NCBI GenBank assembly: GCA_963708085.1
Contig: OY970180.1
Location: forward strand, 792,565-856,564
Origin: an uncultured Actinomycetota bacterium
Lineage (GTDB): Bacteria > Actinomycetota > Thermoleophilia > Solirubrobacterales > Solirubrobacteraceae
Length of the DNA: 64,000 bases
Direction of reading: 5' to 3'
Shown here in pieces: positions 38,419-48,721 of this stretch (position 1 is the stretch's first letter; the number at the start of each line of letters is the position of its first letter). The notes below the pieces were generated by a model that saw only the letters and a list, made by a program, of their open reading frames with translations, was not told where the DNA came from and made no database searches. The position numbers were made by a program, and so were the translations under genes.

Positions 38419-39702
38419 GTGAGCCCTGAGGCGGAGCACAGGCTGAGCACGCTGCCGGGCGGCGTGCAGGTGGTCACCGAACGCGTCGGCAGCGTGCGCT
38501 CGGTGGCCATCGGCTGCCTGATCCACGCGGGGTCGAGCTTCGAGCCGACTCCGCAGGCAGGCATCTCGCATCTGCTGGAGCACATGCTCTTCCGCGGCAC
38601 AGAGCGCTACGGCTCACAGGAGGTCGACCAGATCTTCGACGCGATGGGCTCAGAGCTCGACGCCCAGACAGACAGAGAGACCACCGCACTCTCAACGCGC
38701 GTGCTCGACCGCCACGTGGAGCGGGCGTTCGATGTGATGGGGCAAATGCTCTGGCACCCGAAGCTGGAGGACCTGCAAGCCGAGCGCGAGGTGGTGATCG
38801 AAGAGATCGCGATGTACGAGGACGACCCGCAGGAGCGCATCTTCGACGTGCTTGGCGAAGCAATCTTCGGCGAGCACCCGCTCGGGCGCCCGGTGATCGG
38901 CAACGCGCAAAGCGTCGGCGCGCTCCAGGAGCGTGACCTGCGCGATTATCACGACACGCACTACCTGCCGGCCAACGTCGTGATCGCCGCCGCCGGATCG
39001 ATCGAGCACGAGCAGATGGTGGAGCTGGTGAGCAGCGTTGTGCCCGCTCGGGAATTGAAAGCCGAGCAGCTGCGTACTGCGGTGCCGCCGCCGCACCCAA
39101 GCCGCCGGGTGCGCTTCATCGCCAAGGACACCGAGCAGTACCACTTCTGCATCGGTGGCCCCGGAATCGCGCGCTCCGATGAGCGCCGCTTTGCGCTGAG
39201 AGTGATGGACGTGATCCTTGGCGCCGGCCCCTCATCGCGCATGTTCCAGGAGGTGCGCGAGCGGCGCGGGCTGGCCTATGCGGTCTTCTCCTTCTCCGGT
39301 CTATATGAGCAGACGGGCGAGATCGGCATCTACGTAGGCACGCGCCCGGACAACCTCGCCCAAACGGTCGCGACGATCGCCGCCGAGCTTGCGCGGTTTG
39401 TGGAACATCCCGCCGACGCGGCCGAGCTCGATCGTGCGCGCGAGAACGTGAAGGGCCGGATGGCGCTGGCGATGGAGTCGACGGGCGTGAGGATGGCGCG
39501 CTTGGGAGCCTCGATCCTGCATGATCTGCCGCTGCTCAGCCTCGAGGAGTCGATGGCAAAGGTGGACGCCGTCGGCATCGAGGACCTGCGCGAGCTGGCG
39601 GGGGAGCTGCTGCACCTGCCGGATCTCTCGATCGCGGCGATCGGCCCTGATGAGGGTGAGCTGGAACGCGCGCTGCGCAGCCTGGAAGCGGTGGTGGCGT
39701 GA
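38419..39702 (+). CDS. M16-family zinc metallopeptidase (pitrilysin family, PepR-like)
   Basis: Inverted zinc motif HLLEHMLFRGT, then EIAMYEDDP. Conserved position after pnp. Start at GTG 38419; the ORF-track start overlaps pnp. Confidence 0.88.
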   Translation: MSPEAEHRLSTLPGGVQVVTERVGSVRSVAIGCLIHAGSSFEPTPQAGISHLLEHMLFRGTERYGSQEVDQIFDAMGSELDAQTDRETTALSTRVLDRHVERAFDVMGQMLWHPKLEDLQAEREVVIEEIAMYEDDPQERIFDVLGEAIFGEHPLGRPVIGNAQSVGALQERDLRDYHDTHYLPANVVIAAAGSIEHEQMVELVSSVVPARELKAEQLRTAVPPPHPSRRVRFIAKDTEQYHFCIGGPGIARSDERRFALRVMDVILGAGPSSRMFQEVRERRGLAYAVFSFSGLYEQTGEIGIYVGTRPDNLAQTVATIAAELARFVEHPADAAELDRARENVKGRMALAMESTGVRMARLGASILHDLPLLSLEESMAKVDAVGIEDLRELAGELLHLPDLSIAAIGPDEGELERALRSLEAVVA

Positions 39703-40397
39703 TCCGCGTCGCCGTCGCTGGTGCCGCAGGGCGGATGGGGCAGGCCAGCTGCGAGGCCGTGGCGGCGGCGGAGGACATGGAGCTTGTGGCGCAGGCGGAC
39801 CCGGCGCTTGGCGTCTCCTTGCAGCAGGCGTTGGAGCAGCGGCCTGAGGTGGTCGTGGACTTCACGCGCCCGGACACGGCGCTGCCCAATGCGCTCGCCT
39901 GCCTGGAGGTTGGAGTGCACGTCGTGATCGGCACCACCGGCTTTGACATGGGCTCGCTGCGGGAAGCGTGCCTGCGCGTGAAGGCGAACGCCTTCGTGGC
40001 GCCGAATTTCGCGATCGGCGCCGTGCTGATGATGCGCTTTGCGGCGCAGGCGGCGCAGCACATGGACGCCGCCGAGATCATCGAGCTGCATCACGACGCC
40101 AAGCTCGACGCGCCCAGCGGCACGGCAGCACGCACGGCGGAGCTGATGGCCAAGGCCAGCGGTAGGCCGCAGCCGCCGATCCATTCCGTGCGGCTGCCAG
40201 GGCTGGTCGCCCACCAGGAGGTAATCCTCGGCGCGCTCGGCCAGACGCTCACGATCCGCCACGACTCGATCGACCGTCGCTCGTTCATGCCCGGCGTGCT
40301 GCTAGCGATCAGGAAGGTCGGAGCGCTACCGCAATCGCCGGTGATCGGCTTGGAGCACCTGCTCTTCGATCGGGATCCGCGGGAGGGCATGGGATAA
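39699..40397 (+). CDS. dapB: 4-hydroxy-tetrahydrodipicolinate reductase
   Basis: IRVAVAGAAGRMG Rossmann N terminus, and ELHHDAKLDAPSGTA catalytic block. Confidence 0.93.
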   Translation: MIRVAVAGAAGRMGQASCEAVAAAEDMELVAQADPALGVSLQQALEQRPEVVVDFTRPDTALPNALACLEVGVHVVIGTTGFDMGSLREACLRVKANAFVAPNFAIGAVLMMRFAAQAAQHMDAAEIIELHHDAKLDAPSGTAARTAELMAKASGRPQPPIHSVRLPGLVAHQEVILGALGQTLTIRHDSIDRRSFMPGVLLAIRKVGALPQSPVIGLEHLLFDRDPREGMG

Positions 40398-41266
40398 TGC
40401 CCGGGATGGATCTGGGAACGGTGCTCACCGCGATCGTCACGCCCTTCGATGAGGAGGGGAAGGTCGACGCTGAGAGCTTCGTGGCGCTGATGCACCACCT
40501 CGCGGCGCATGGCTCCGAAGGCTTTGTGGTCTGTGGCACGACCGGCGAGGCCGCGACGCTCGACGACGAGGAGCACCTTGGGCTGATCGAGCTCGCGGTC
40601 AAAGAGCGCCCGGCCGGCGTGAGCATCATCGGCGGCACCGGCTCAAACGACACCACGCACGCCGTCAAGCTGACTAGGCGCGCGACCGACCTTGGCGTGG
40701 ATGCCACGCTCAGCGTCACGCCGTACTACAACCGGCCGAGCCCGCTGGGCATCACGCGCCACTACGAAGAGGTCGCCAAGGCGACCGACCGACCGATCCT
40801 GCTCTACAACATCCCCGCCCGCACGGGGACGAACATGCCGCCGCAGCTGCTTGAGCGGCTGGCTCAGATCGAGCACATCGACGGCGTCAAGCAGTCCAAC
40901 CCCAGCGAGCTGCAACCGATCGACGGCTTGGATCTCTACGCCGGCGACAACGAGACCTTCGCGCAGACTCTGGACATGGGCGGCGCCGGCGGAATCCTGG
41001 TCGCCACTCACGTGGTCGGCGATCAGATGAACGAGATGGCGCGCGACCAGCACCGCCGGCATGAGATCGACGCCTCGCTGCAGGACGTCTACAAGACGCT
41101 GTTCATGACCGCCAGCCCGACCTGCACCAAGGCGGCGTTGAACCTGCTCGGCCACAAAGTCGGCGGTCTGCGGCTGCCGCTGGTGGAGGCAACCGAGGAA
41201 GAGCTGGCGCTCGTGAGGGCGATGCTGGAGCGCCACGGACTGTTGTCCGCGAGCACCGCTGCATGA
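40397..41266 (+). CDS. dapA: 4-hydroxy-tetrahydrodipicolinate synthase
   Basis: TAIVTPFDEEG...GFVVCGTTGEAATL...YYNRP...ILLYNIP...GVKQS (Schiff-base Lys) motifs. Confidence 0.93.
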   Translation: MPGMDLGTVLTAIVTPFDEEGKVDAESFVALMHHLAAHGSEGFVVCGTTGEAATLDDEEHLGLIELAVKERPAGVSIIGGTGSNDTTHAVKLTRRATDLGVDATLSVTPYYNRPSPLGITRHYEEVAKATDRPILLYNIPARTGTNMPPQLLERLAQIEHIDGVKQSNPSELQPIDGLDLYAGDNETFAQTLDMGGAGGILVATHVVGDQMNEMARDQHRRHEIDASLQDVYKTLFMTASPTCTKAALNLLGHKVGGLRLPLVEATEEELALVRAMLERHGLLSASTAA

Positions 41267-42936
41267 GCGCGGGCGTGAAGGTCCTACCGCTCGGCGGCCT
41301 GGGCGAGATCGGCAAGAACATGACCGTCGTTGAGCACGACGGCAGAATCGTCGTGGTCGATGTGGGCCTGCGCTTCCCGACGCCGGAGATGGTCGGGATC
41401 GATCTGGTGTTGCCCGACTTCTCCTATCTGCGCGAGCGTGCCCGCGACATCGAGGCGATCGTGATCACGCACGGCCACGAGGACCACATCGGTGCGCTGC
41501 CGTGGGTGATCCGCGAGCTTGCTCAGCTGCACGAGCCGCCACCCATCTACGGCGGCCCGCTCACGATCGCGATGGCCGAGTCAAAGCTGGAAGAGCATCG
41601 CCTCAAGGACGTCGAGCTGATCGAGGTCGACCCAGGGGAGGCGCTGGACCTCGGCCCCTTCGAGCTTGAGCTCGTGCACATGACCCACTCGATCCCGGAC
41701 TCATGCGCCGTTGCGCTCGGGACCGAGCTCGGCACCGTGCTGATCACCGGCGACTACAAGTTCGACCAGACTCCGGTCGACGGCCCGCCCGCGGACGTCT
41801 CGCGGCTGGCGGAGCTCGGCAGGGAAGGGGTGCTGCTGCTCGGCGGCGACTCGACCAACGTCGACCGCAAGGGCTTCTCGCCTTCTGAGTCGGAAGTCGG
41901 CAGGCATCTGCAGGAGACCTTCTCGCGCTGTGAGGGGCGGATCGTGGTCACGAGCTTCGCCTCCAACATCCACCGCGTGCAGCAGGTGGTGGACGCCGCG
42001 GAGGCGCTGGATCGCAAGGTGGTGCTCGTCGGGCGCTCGATGCGCAAGAACGTCTCGATCGGGCGGCGCCTTGGCCACATCGACATCCCCGACGGCATGC
42101 TCGTCAACCCGCGCGAGCTGACCGACTTCGCCGACGAGCGGATCGTGATCATCTCGACGGGCTCCCAGGGCGAGCCGCTCTCGGCGCTGCGGCGGATGGC
42201 CTACCGTGACCATCCCCAGGTGCAGCTCAAGGACGGCGACACCGTCGTCTTCTCAGCCACCCCCGTGCCTGGAAACGAGCGCGCGGTCAACGAGACGATC
42301 GACCGGCTCTACCACATCGGCTGCGACGTGATCACCACGCGCGAGGCGCCCATCCACGCCTCAGGTCACGGCCACGCCGAGGAGATCAAGCTGATGCTCA
42401 ACCTTGTAAAGCCGCGTTACGTGCTGCCGATGCACGGTGACTTCAAGCGCCTGCGGATGCACGCCGAGCTGGCCGAGGCGGTCGGCATCGACCCCGAGCA
42501 CGTCTTCCAGGCCGACAACGGGCTGCCGCTGATGATCGACGAGCGCGGCGCACGCCTTGGTCAGCGCGAGCACTCGGGGATGATCTTCGTCGACGGAGTG
42601 GAGATCGGCGATGTGGCCGACGTGGCGCTGCGCGACCGGCGGATGCTCTCCGCCGACGGCATCTTCGTCGTGGTGGTAACGATCGCCGAGCAAGACGGCA
42701 GCTCGGTCGCCGACCCGGAGGTGATCTTCCGCGGCGTGCCGTTCCTCGATCAGGCCGGCGATCTGGTGGAGGAGATCAGGCAGGCGGCGCGCGAGACGCT
42801 GGAGCGAGCTGCCGCGGAGGAGGGCATCCGCGAGATCGACCTGCTCCAGCAGATGCTGCACGACGATCTAGCCAAGCTGGTCTACGACCGGCTGCGCCGA
42901 AGGCCGATGGTCCTGCCTGTCGTCGTCGAGGTTTGA
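41263..42936 (+). CDS. rnj: Ribonuclease J
   Basis: Metallo-beta-lactamase/beta-CASP: ITHGHEDHIGALP, HSIPDS, GDYKFD, HASGHG, and the RNase J C-terminal domain. Confidence 0.93.
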   Translation: MSAGVKVLPLGGLGEIGKNMTVVEHDGRIVVVDVGLRFPTPEMVGIDLVLPDFSYLRERARDIEAIVITHGHEDHIGALPWVIRELAQLHEPPPIYGGPLTIAMAESKLEEHRLKDVELIEVDPGEALDLGPFELELVHMTHSIPDSCAVALGTELGTVLITGDYKFDQTPVDGPPADVSRLAELGREGVLLLGGDSTNVDRKGFSPSESEVGRHLQETFSRCEGRIVVTSFASNIHRVQQVVDAAEALDRKVVLVGRSMRKNVSIGRRLGHIDIPDGMLVNPRELTDFADERIVIISTGSQGEPLSALRRMAYRDHPQVQLKDGDTVVFSATPVPGNERAVNETIDRLYHIGCDVITTREAPIHASGHGHAEEIKLMLNLVKPRYVLPMHGDFKRLRMHAELAEAVGIDPEHVFQADNGLPLMIDERGARLGQREHSGMIFVDGVEIGDVADVALRDRRMLSADGIFVVVVTIAEQDGSSVADPEVIFRGVPFLDQAGDLVEEIRQAARETLERAAAEEGIREIDLLQQMLHDDLAKLVYDRLRRRPMVLPVVVEV

Positions 42937-43024
42937 GCAGGACGGCGCCTGACCGAAGTCGGGAGACACTTGCCTTCGGCTCGCATCCCCGTTTCGGCCA
43001 GCGCCAGGCGGCGTCCTCACTCGC

Positions 43025-44440
43025 TCAGGTGCTGAGCACATCACGCTCGCTGCGTTCTTGCCTGACTTGCTCATCCACCGTCCTGGATGCGCTCGGCAGC
43101 TCGACGACGAAACGCGCGCCGCGCGGCTCGCGGTCGGGGTGCACGTCTTCCACGCGCACGCTGCCGCCGTGGGACTCGGCGACTGCCTTGACGATCGCAA
43201 GGCCAAGGCCGAACGATCCGCCGCGATCGCCTGCGCCCCGCACGAAGCGTTCGAACAGGCTGCTGCGTAGGCGCTCGGGGACTCCCGGGCCATCGTCCTC
43301 CACGACGAGCTCGGCACGACCTACTCCGGCCGAGCGGGTCAACACCCGGATCTCCGTGCCGGGCGGGGTATGGCGCACCGCGTTCTCGATCAGGTTGATG
43401 GCAGCCCGCAGGATCTCGTCGCGCGCGGCCTGCACGCTCGCTGGCTTGACGTCGAGCGAGATTTCGTGCGTGGCGCTCATTGGGCCAAGCTCGGCCGCTG
43501 CCTCGATCCCGACCTGAGCCAGATCGACGCGTTCGCGCTTGACCACGCCGCCAACGTCAGCACGCGCGAGCAGCAGCAGGTCGGCGACAAGGCGTCGCAT
43601 GCGCTGAGAAGAGCGCAGTGCGGAGCGGGCTGCGTCGGCCTCTTCGCCCCGTAGCGATTCGGCAAGCAGCTCCAGATTGGCCAGGACGCTGGTAAGCGGC
43701 GTGCGCAGCTCGTGCGAGGCGTCCGCGACGAACCTGCGCTGGCGATCCAGCATCGCTTCGGTTTCGGTATGCGCGGAGTCGAGCTCGTGGAGCATCCCCT
43801 GCAGCGTTCGCGCGAGCTCGCCCACCTCATCTTCGGCTTGCGGCTTTGGCAGCGTGAGAGAAGGGTCGCGGGTGCGGGCGATCTCGGCGGCGCTGCTGGT
43901 CAGCTGGGCGATCGGGAACATCGCGCGGCGAGCGATCACCATTCCCGCCAGCAGAGCGAGGCCGGTGCCCGCCAGTACGCCGAGCACTAGCAGCAGCTCA
44001 ACGCGGGCGATCGTAGAGTCAACCGCCGAGAGCGGACGAGCATACTGCAAGATCAGTTTGCCACCTTCAGTGCCATTGCTGCTGGCGAGGGCCACTTCAC
44101 GGCTGACGACGAGGTATCCGTGAGTCGCGAACGGGGCGCCGAAGCGCGGCGCCCCCAACCAAGGGGCCCCCGCCGGCGCCTGTTCGAGCAACTGGCCGGT
44201 CAGATAGAACAACTTCACCACCGCGCCCTGCTCCGTGGCGACCGACCGCAGCGACGGTTCCGTCTTCAGCGACCTTTCGCCGCTCGAATTGGTGATGATC
44301 TGAAACCGCAGCTCTCCCGGCAGCCTCGTGCCGGCTTGTTCTACCTCGTTGTAGAAATCGGCGCGGATCCGATGGATCGTCAGTGACCCCACGACCAGCG
44401 CGAAAGAGAACAGGATGACGAAGGTCAGCAGCGCCGACAC
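43025..44440 (-). CDS. Two-component sensor histidine kinase (HAMP-HisKA-HATPase_c); start codon uncertain
   Basis: SHELRTPLTSV H-box, N-box NLIENAVRHTP, DDGPGV, and GLGLAIV. Two TM helices. The stop-free frame extends up to ATG 44656, which would overlap the regulator by 146 nt. The only canonical start after the regulator stop is GTG 44440, and that one begins inside TM1. Confidence 0.8.
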   Translation of the reverse strand: MSALLTFVILFSFALVVGSLTIHRIRADFYNEVEQAGTRLPGELRFQIITNSSGERSLKTEPSLRSVATEQGAVVKLFYLTGQLLEQAPAGAPWLGAPRFGAPFATHGYLVVSREVALASSNGTEGGKLILQYARPLSAVDSTIARVELLLVLGVLAGTGLALLAGMVIARRAMFPIAQLTSSAAEIARTRDPSLTLPKPQAEDEVGELARTLQGMLHELDSAHTETEAMLDRQRRFVADASHELRTPLTSVLANLELLAESLRGEEADAARSALRSSQRMRRLVADLLLLARADVGGVVKRERVDLAQVGIEAAAELGPMSATHEISLDVKPASVQAARDEILRAAINLIENAVRHTPPGTEIRVLTRSAGVGRAELVVEDDGPGVPERLRSSLFERFVRGAGDRGGSFGLGLAIVKAVAESHGGSVRVEDVHPDREPRGARFVVELPSASRTVDEQVRQERSERDVLST

Positions 44441-44510
44441 CGCCGCCAGGCGCGTGCGTATCGGCAGGCGGTCGAACGCCGCCTGGCAGCGCTCGCCGGC
44501 GTCGCGCAGC

Positions 44511-45197
44511 CTACGCGCGAAGGACGTAGCCGGCTCCTCTGATCGTGTGCAGCAGCCGCGGCTCGCCCTCGGCCTCCAGCTTGCGGCGCAGGTTCGAGAC
44601 GAACACCTCGATCGTGTTGGTGGTCGAGAACGGGTCGTAGCCCCACACCTCGTCAAGCAGCCGCTGGCGGGAGATCACGATCCGCTCGTTTCGCATCAGA
44701 TACTCGAGCAGTTCAAACTCGCGCTGGGTCAGCTCGATCATCCGCTCGCCGCGCATCACTTCGTGCGTGTCCACGTTGAGCGACAGGTCGCCGACCTTCA
44801 GCGGCGCCGAGCCGCGCGGCGGGCGCCGCCGCAGCAGCGCACGCATACGCGCCAACAGCTCCTGGCGCTCGAAGGGCTTGACCAGGTAGTCGTCCGCGCC
44901 GGCGTCCAGGCCCTCGACTCGGGACTCCAGCGCGTCCCGCGCGGTGAGAATCAGGATCGGGACGTCGTCTGACTCGCGCAGCGTCTTGGCCACGTCGATC
45001 CCGTCGATCTGCGGCAGGCCGAGATCGAGGATCACCAGGTCCGGCGCAAAGGAGCGGCCCTGCTCCAGCGCGACGTGCCCATCGCCGGCGATGCGCACGT
45101 CATAGCCCTCCATGCGCAGTGAGCGCTGGAGCGCCTGGGCGATGTCTTCGTCGTCCTCGACGACGAGCACTCTTGGTGATCGGGCGTAGTCGGTCAT
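44511..45197 (-). CDS. OmpR/PhoB-family response regulator
   Basis: VLVVEDDEDIA...DLVILDLGLP (phospho-acceptor Asp)...LILTAR...KPF receiver, plus a winged-helix output (LTQREFELLEYL...IEVFVSNLRRKL...IRGAGYVL). Confidence 0.92.
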   Translation of the reverse strand: MTDYARSPRVLVVEDDEDIAQALQRSLRMEGYDVRIAGDGHVALEQGRSFAPDLVILDLGLPQIDGIDVAKTLRESDDVPILILTARDALESRVEGLDAGADDYLVKPFERQELLARMRALLRRRPPRGSAPLKVGDLSLNVDTHEVMRGERMIELTQREFELLEYLMRNERIVISRQRLLDEVWGYDPFSTTNTIEVFVSNLRRKLEAEGEPRLLHTIRGAGYVLRA

Positions 45198-45294
45198 GCT
45201 CGCAACAATGTGTACACAGACCCAGTAAAGCGATGGTAAGGGGTTAAGCCCTAAAGCAGGGGCCGGGCCGCAGGCGTCGAAGCTCACGCAGAGG

Positions 45295-47850
45295 ATGCCA
45301 GCCAGCACGAAGCGAAGAAGCACCGCACGAGGCGGCACGCGCGGCGTTGCCCGCGGTCGTGGTCGTGCCCGCAAGCGCACGCCGGCCGAGCGTTTGATGG
45401 GCTGGCTTGGTATTGGAACCCGCCCACCCGTCCCGCGCCTGCCCGTCCTGGATCAGCGCCAGCGCGACGTGCTGGGGCTCGCGCTGCTTGCCGTCGGGGT
45501 GTTTCTGGGCTTCGTCCTTTACGGCGGCTGGAATGGCGGGAGCGCAGGCAAAGCGCTCTCCGCCGCGCTCGGCTTCATCGTCGGTGGCGCGCGCATCCTC
45601 GCGCCTGCCGCCGCGATCGCAGCGGGCGGGGTGCTGCTCTGCACACCCTTGATGCCGCCGACCAAGCCACTGCGGACCGGCTCCATCTGTCTCTTTGCGG
45701 CGATCGTGCTTGCGCTGGCGGCGGGCACCCTCGGCGTCAACGACGGTCAGCGCACCGCCGGTTCTCACTGGTCGGCGAGCTTCCTGGAGCACCGTGGCGG
45801 CGTCTTCGGCCAGGCGATCTACGAAGTGACTCATCGGCTTGTGCAGCAGGTGGGCGTTGACATCCTCGTCGTGTTCCTGCTGATCGTCGGCCTGGTACTC
45901 CTCACCGGCGCCTCGATCGCAACGGCGCTGCGCAGTGCGGGCGGCGGGCTGATCGACACTACGCGGGTCGTGCGGCGGATGGCGAGCAGCGAGCGGGAGC
46001 CCCCGGCCGGACGGCAGGCGGCGCCCGATCAGCGGCAGGGGGTGCTGCCGGTCGAGGCGGAGGGCTGGCCGACCGCGCGCCGCGGCGACGAGCAGGACGC
46101 CCACGAGCTGGCGCCGCCCGACCCCGAGCCCGACAAGCTGATCGTGCGCGCCACCCACGTGGAGGCGCCGTCGCTGGACGGCGTCACCGCCGATACCGAT
46201 CCGTGGGGGCAGGACGAGCCCGAGGAGGCGCAAAACGAAGCGCATGCCACACCGGATGGGCCGGTGCATGAGCCCGCGGTCGAGTCCGCACCTGGCAAGC
46301 CCGATCGCGACGCGCAGCTGGCCATCGACCCCGAGAGCCTGACGCCCCAGGGCCGCCTGCGCGAGGTGGTCACCGGCGACCCCGACTTCGTCTGGAAGAT
46401 GCCCGAGCCGACCAAGGTGCTCTCGCGCTCGGCGGCAGACCAGTCCGCCCCGGACGTCGCCGGTCAGCAGAAGACCGCCGGCTCCCTGGTGGAGGCGCTC
46501 GGCCACTTCGGGGTGCAGGCCAAGGTGATCGGCACCGTCGCAGGGCCGCATATCACCCGCTACGAACTGCGCTTGGCGCCCGGCATCAAGGTGGGCAAGG
46601 TCGCGCAGCTGAAGGACGACCTCGCCTACGCGCTGGCGGCGACGGACATCCGCATTCTCGCGCCGATCCCAGGCAAGCAGGCAGTCGGCGTCGAGGTGCC
46701 AAACGCCAAGCGGCGGATCGTGCGTCTCGGCGACGTCTTCCAGCAGCCGCCGGCCGACTGGTCCCCGCTCACCGTCTGGCTGGGCAAGGACATCGCGGGC
46801 AAGGCGATCGGGGCCGACCTGGCCAAGATGCCGCATCTGCTGGTCGCAGGCACCACCGGCGCCGGCAAGTCGGGCGCGATCAACGCGATGCTCTCGAGCG
46901 TCCTGCTGCGCGCCACGCCGCACGAAGTGCGGATGGTGCTCGTGGACCCCAAGCAGGTCGAGCTCAACCATTACGAGTCGATACCGCATCTGCTCACGCC
47001 GGTGATCACGAGCCCGAAGATGGCCGCCAACGCGCTGCAGAACCTCGTCCGCGAGATGGAGCAGCGCTACGGGATCATGTCGCTTGCTCGCACGCGCAGC
47101 CTGATCGAGCTCAACCGCGCGCGCGAGCAGCGCGACGAGCCGCCGCTGCCATACATCCTCTGCGTGATCGACGAGCTCGCGGACTTGATGATGGTCGCGC
47201 CCGCCGACGTGGAGGACTCGATCATCCGCCTCGCGCAGAAGGCGCGTGCCGTGGGCATCCATCTCGTGCTTGCCACCCAGAGCCCGCGCGTGGACGTGAT
47301 CACGGGCATGATCAAGGCCAACGTGCCCTCGCGTATTGCTTTTGCGGTCTCCAGCCAGACCGACTCGCGCGTGATCCTGGACCAGAACGGCGCCGAGTCG
47401 TTGCTGGGGCAGGGCGACATGCTCTTCTCGCCGGTGGGAAGCTCGCGCCTGCAGCGCATCCAGGGCGCATACATCGACGAGGCGCAGATCGCCAAGCTGA
47501 CCGAGATGTGGAGAAAGCAGGGAGAGCCGGAGCTGCGCGAGGAGCTGTTGGAGGAGGTCGAGCCGGCAGGGGCGGAGGGCGGCGAGTCCTCAGACGAGCT
47601 CGATCCGAACGAGGATCCGCTGCTTTCCGACGCTATCCGCCTGGTGGCTGAGATGCAGACCGCCTCCACTTCGATGCTGCAGCGCCGGCTGCGCCTGGGC
47701 TACACCCGCGCCGGCCGCCTGATCGACATGCTCGAGCGCCGCGGCGTGATCTCCGGCTATGAAGGCTCAAAGCCACGGCAGGTGCTGATCGGCGAGGCCG
47801 ACGTGCCACGCGTGCTCGCCGCGCTGGCAGAGGCGTCCTCGCGGGTCTGA
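45295..47850 (+). CDS. ftsK: DNA translocase FtsK/SpoIIIE
   Basis: N-terminal TM helices, a Pro/acidic linker, a motor domain (LLVAGTTGAGKSGAINAML Walker A; ILCVIDELADL Walker B), and a C-terminal gamma winged helix (MLQRRLRLGYTRAGRLIDMLE). Confidence 0.95.
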   Translation: MPASTKRRSTARGGTRGVARGRGRARKRTPAERLMGWLGIGTRPPVPRLPVLDQRQRDVLGLALLAVGVFLGFVLYGGWNGGSAGKALSAALGFIVGGARILAPAAAIAAGGVLLCTPLMPPTKPLRTGSICLFAAIVLALAAGTLGVNDGQRTAGSHWSASFLEHRGGVFGQAIYEVTHRLVQQVGVDILVVFLLIVGLVLLTGASIATALRSAGGGLIDTTRVVRRMASSEREPPAGRQAAPDQRQGVLPVEAEGWPTARRGDEQDAHELAPPDPEPDKLIVRATHVEAPSLDGVTADTDPWGQDEPEEAQNEAHATPDGPVHEPAVESAPGKPDRDAQLAIDPESLTPQGRLREVVTGDPDFVWKMPEPTKVLSRSAADQSAPDVAGQQKTAGSLVEALGHFGVQAKVIGTVAGPHITRYELRLAPGIKVGKVAQLKDDLAYALAATDIRILAPIPGKQAVGVEVPNAKRRIVRLGDVFQQPPADWSPLTVWLGKDIAGKAIGADLAKMPHLLVAGTTGAGKSGAINAMLSSVLLRATPHEVRMVLVDPKQVELNHYESIPHLLTPVITSPKMAANALQNLVREMEQRYGIMSLARTRSLIELNRAREQRDEPPLPYILCVIDELADLMMVAPADVEDSIIRLAQKARAVGIHLVLATQSPRVDVITGMIKANVPSRIAFAVSSQTDSRVILDQNGAESLLGQGDMLFSPVGSSRLQRIQGAYIDEAQIAKLTEMWRKQGEPELREELLEEVEPAGAEGGESSDELDPNEDPLLSDAIRLVAEMQTASTSMLQRRLRLGYTRAGRLIDMLERRGVISGYEGSKPRQVLIGEADVPRVLAALAEASSRV

Positions 47851-47917
47851 TTCAAAGCTTGCACGCGGTTTATCGGTGCGCCTTGCGACCGGTTAACCAT
47901 TAGCCTTCTGTGCGGAT

Positions 47918-48721
47918 ATGCCCGAGATCGGTGCAACGCTGCGCGAAGCGCGAATGCGCGCGCGTATCGACGTGTCTGAGATCGAGGCTCAGACGAAGAT
48001 CAGGGCGCGCTACCTGCGCGCGCTGGAGAACGAAGAGTGGGACCTGCTGCCAGGTCCGACCTTCATCAAGAGCTTCCTGCGCACCTACGCAACCGCGCTG
48101 GGGTTGGACGGCAAGGCGCTAGTAGAAGAATATCGCGTCAACTTCGAGCAGCCGGGTGAGCAAGAGCTGCAGCCGATCAGCCATCAGCGACGCCAAGCGC
48201 GTCCCGGCGGCGATATGGGCAGCGCCCCGTCGGGTGCAGGCCCATCGCGCGGCTACGTGGTGACGGTGGGCCTGATCGGGCTGCTGATCGTGATCCTTGT
48301 GGTCGGCCTGCTGACCCGCGGCTCCTCGCCCAAGAAAACGACTGGATCTGGCCAGCGTGCCGAAAGCCACAAGACGAGCAACCAGCGCCATTCGCACCTG
48401 CCGCGCCGCAGCCGTCCGGGCACGACCAGCCTCGCGAGTGACGAAGTGAGCGTTTCGCTGCAGGCCACGGCGCCAGTATGGGTGTGCCTGATAAACGGCG
48501 CCCAGCAGAAGCTGGTTCCCGGTGTGGACCTGCAGGCCGGCCAGCGCAGCGGGCCCTTCCACGCCAAGCGCTTCGAAATCACGCTCGGCAACGCGTCGGT
48601 GAGCATGACCGTGAATGGAGCGGCCGTGAGCGTGCCCGAGTCCACGAGCGCGATCGGCTATGCCATCGGCCCGCGTGGCACGACTCCGCTTGCGGCGGGC
48701 CGCGGACCGACCTGCGCATGA
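47918..48721 (+). CDS. RodZ-like helix-turn-helix membrane protein (HTH + DUF4115)
   Basis: IGATLREARMRARIDVSEIEAQTKIRARYLRALENEEW...FIKSFLRTYA, one TM helix (VVTVGLIGLLIVILVVGLL), and a C-terminal beta-rich domain. Confidence 0.75.
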   Translation: MPEIGATLREARMRARIDVSEIEAQTKIRARYLRALENEEWDLLPGPTFIKSFLRTYATALGLDGKALVEEYRVNFEQPGEQELQPISHQRRQARPGGDMGSAPSGAGPSRGYVVTVGLIGLLIVILVVGLLTRGSSPKKTTGSGQRAESHKTSNQRHSHLPRRSRPGTTSLASDEVSVSLQATAPVWVCLINGAQQKLVPGVDLQAGQRSGPFHAKRFEITLGNASVSMTVNGAAVSVPESTSAIGYAIGPRGTTPLAAGRGPTCA

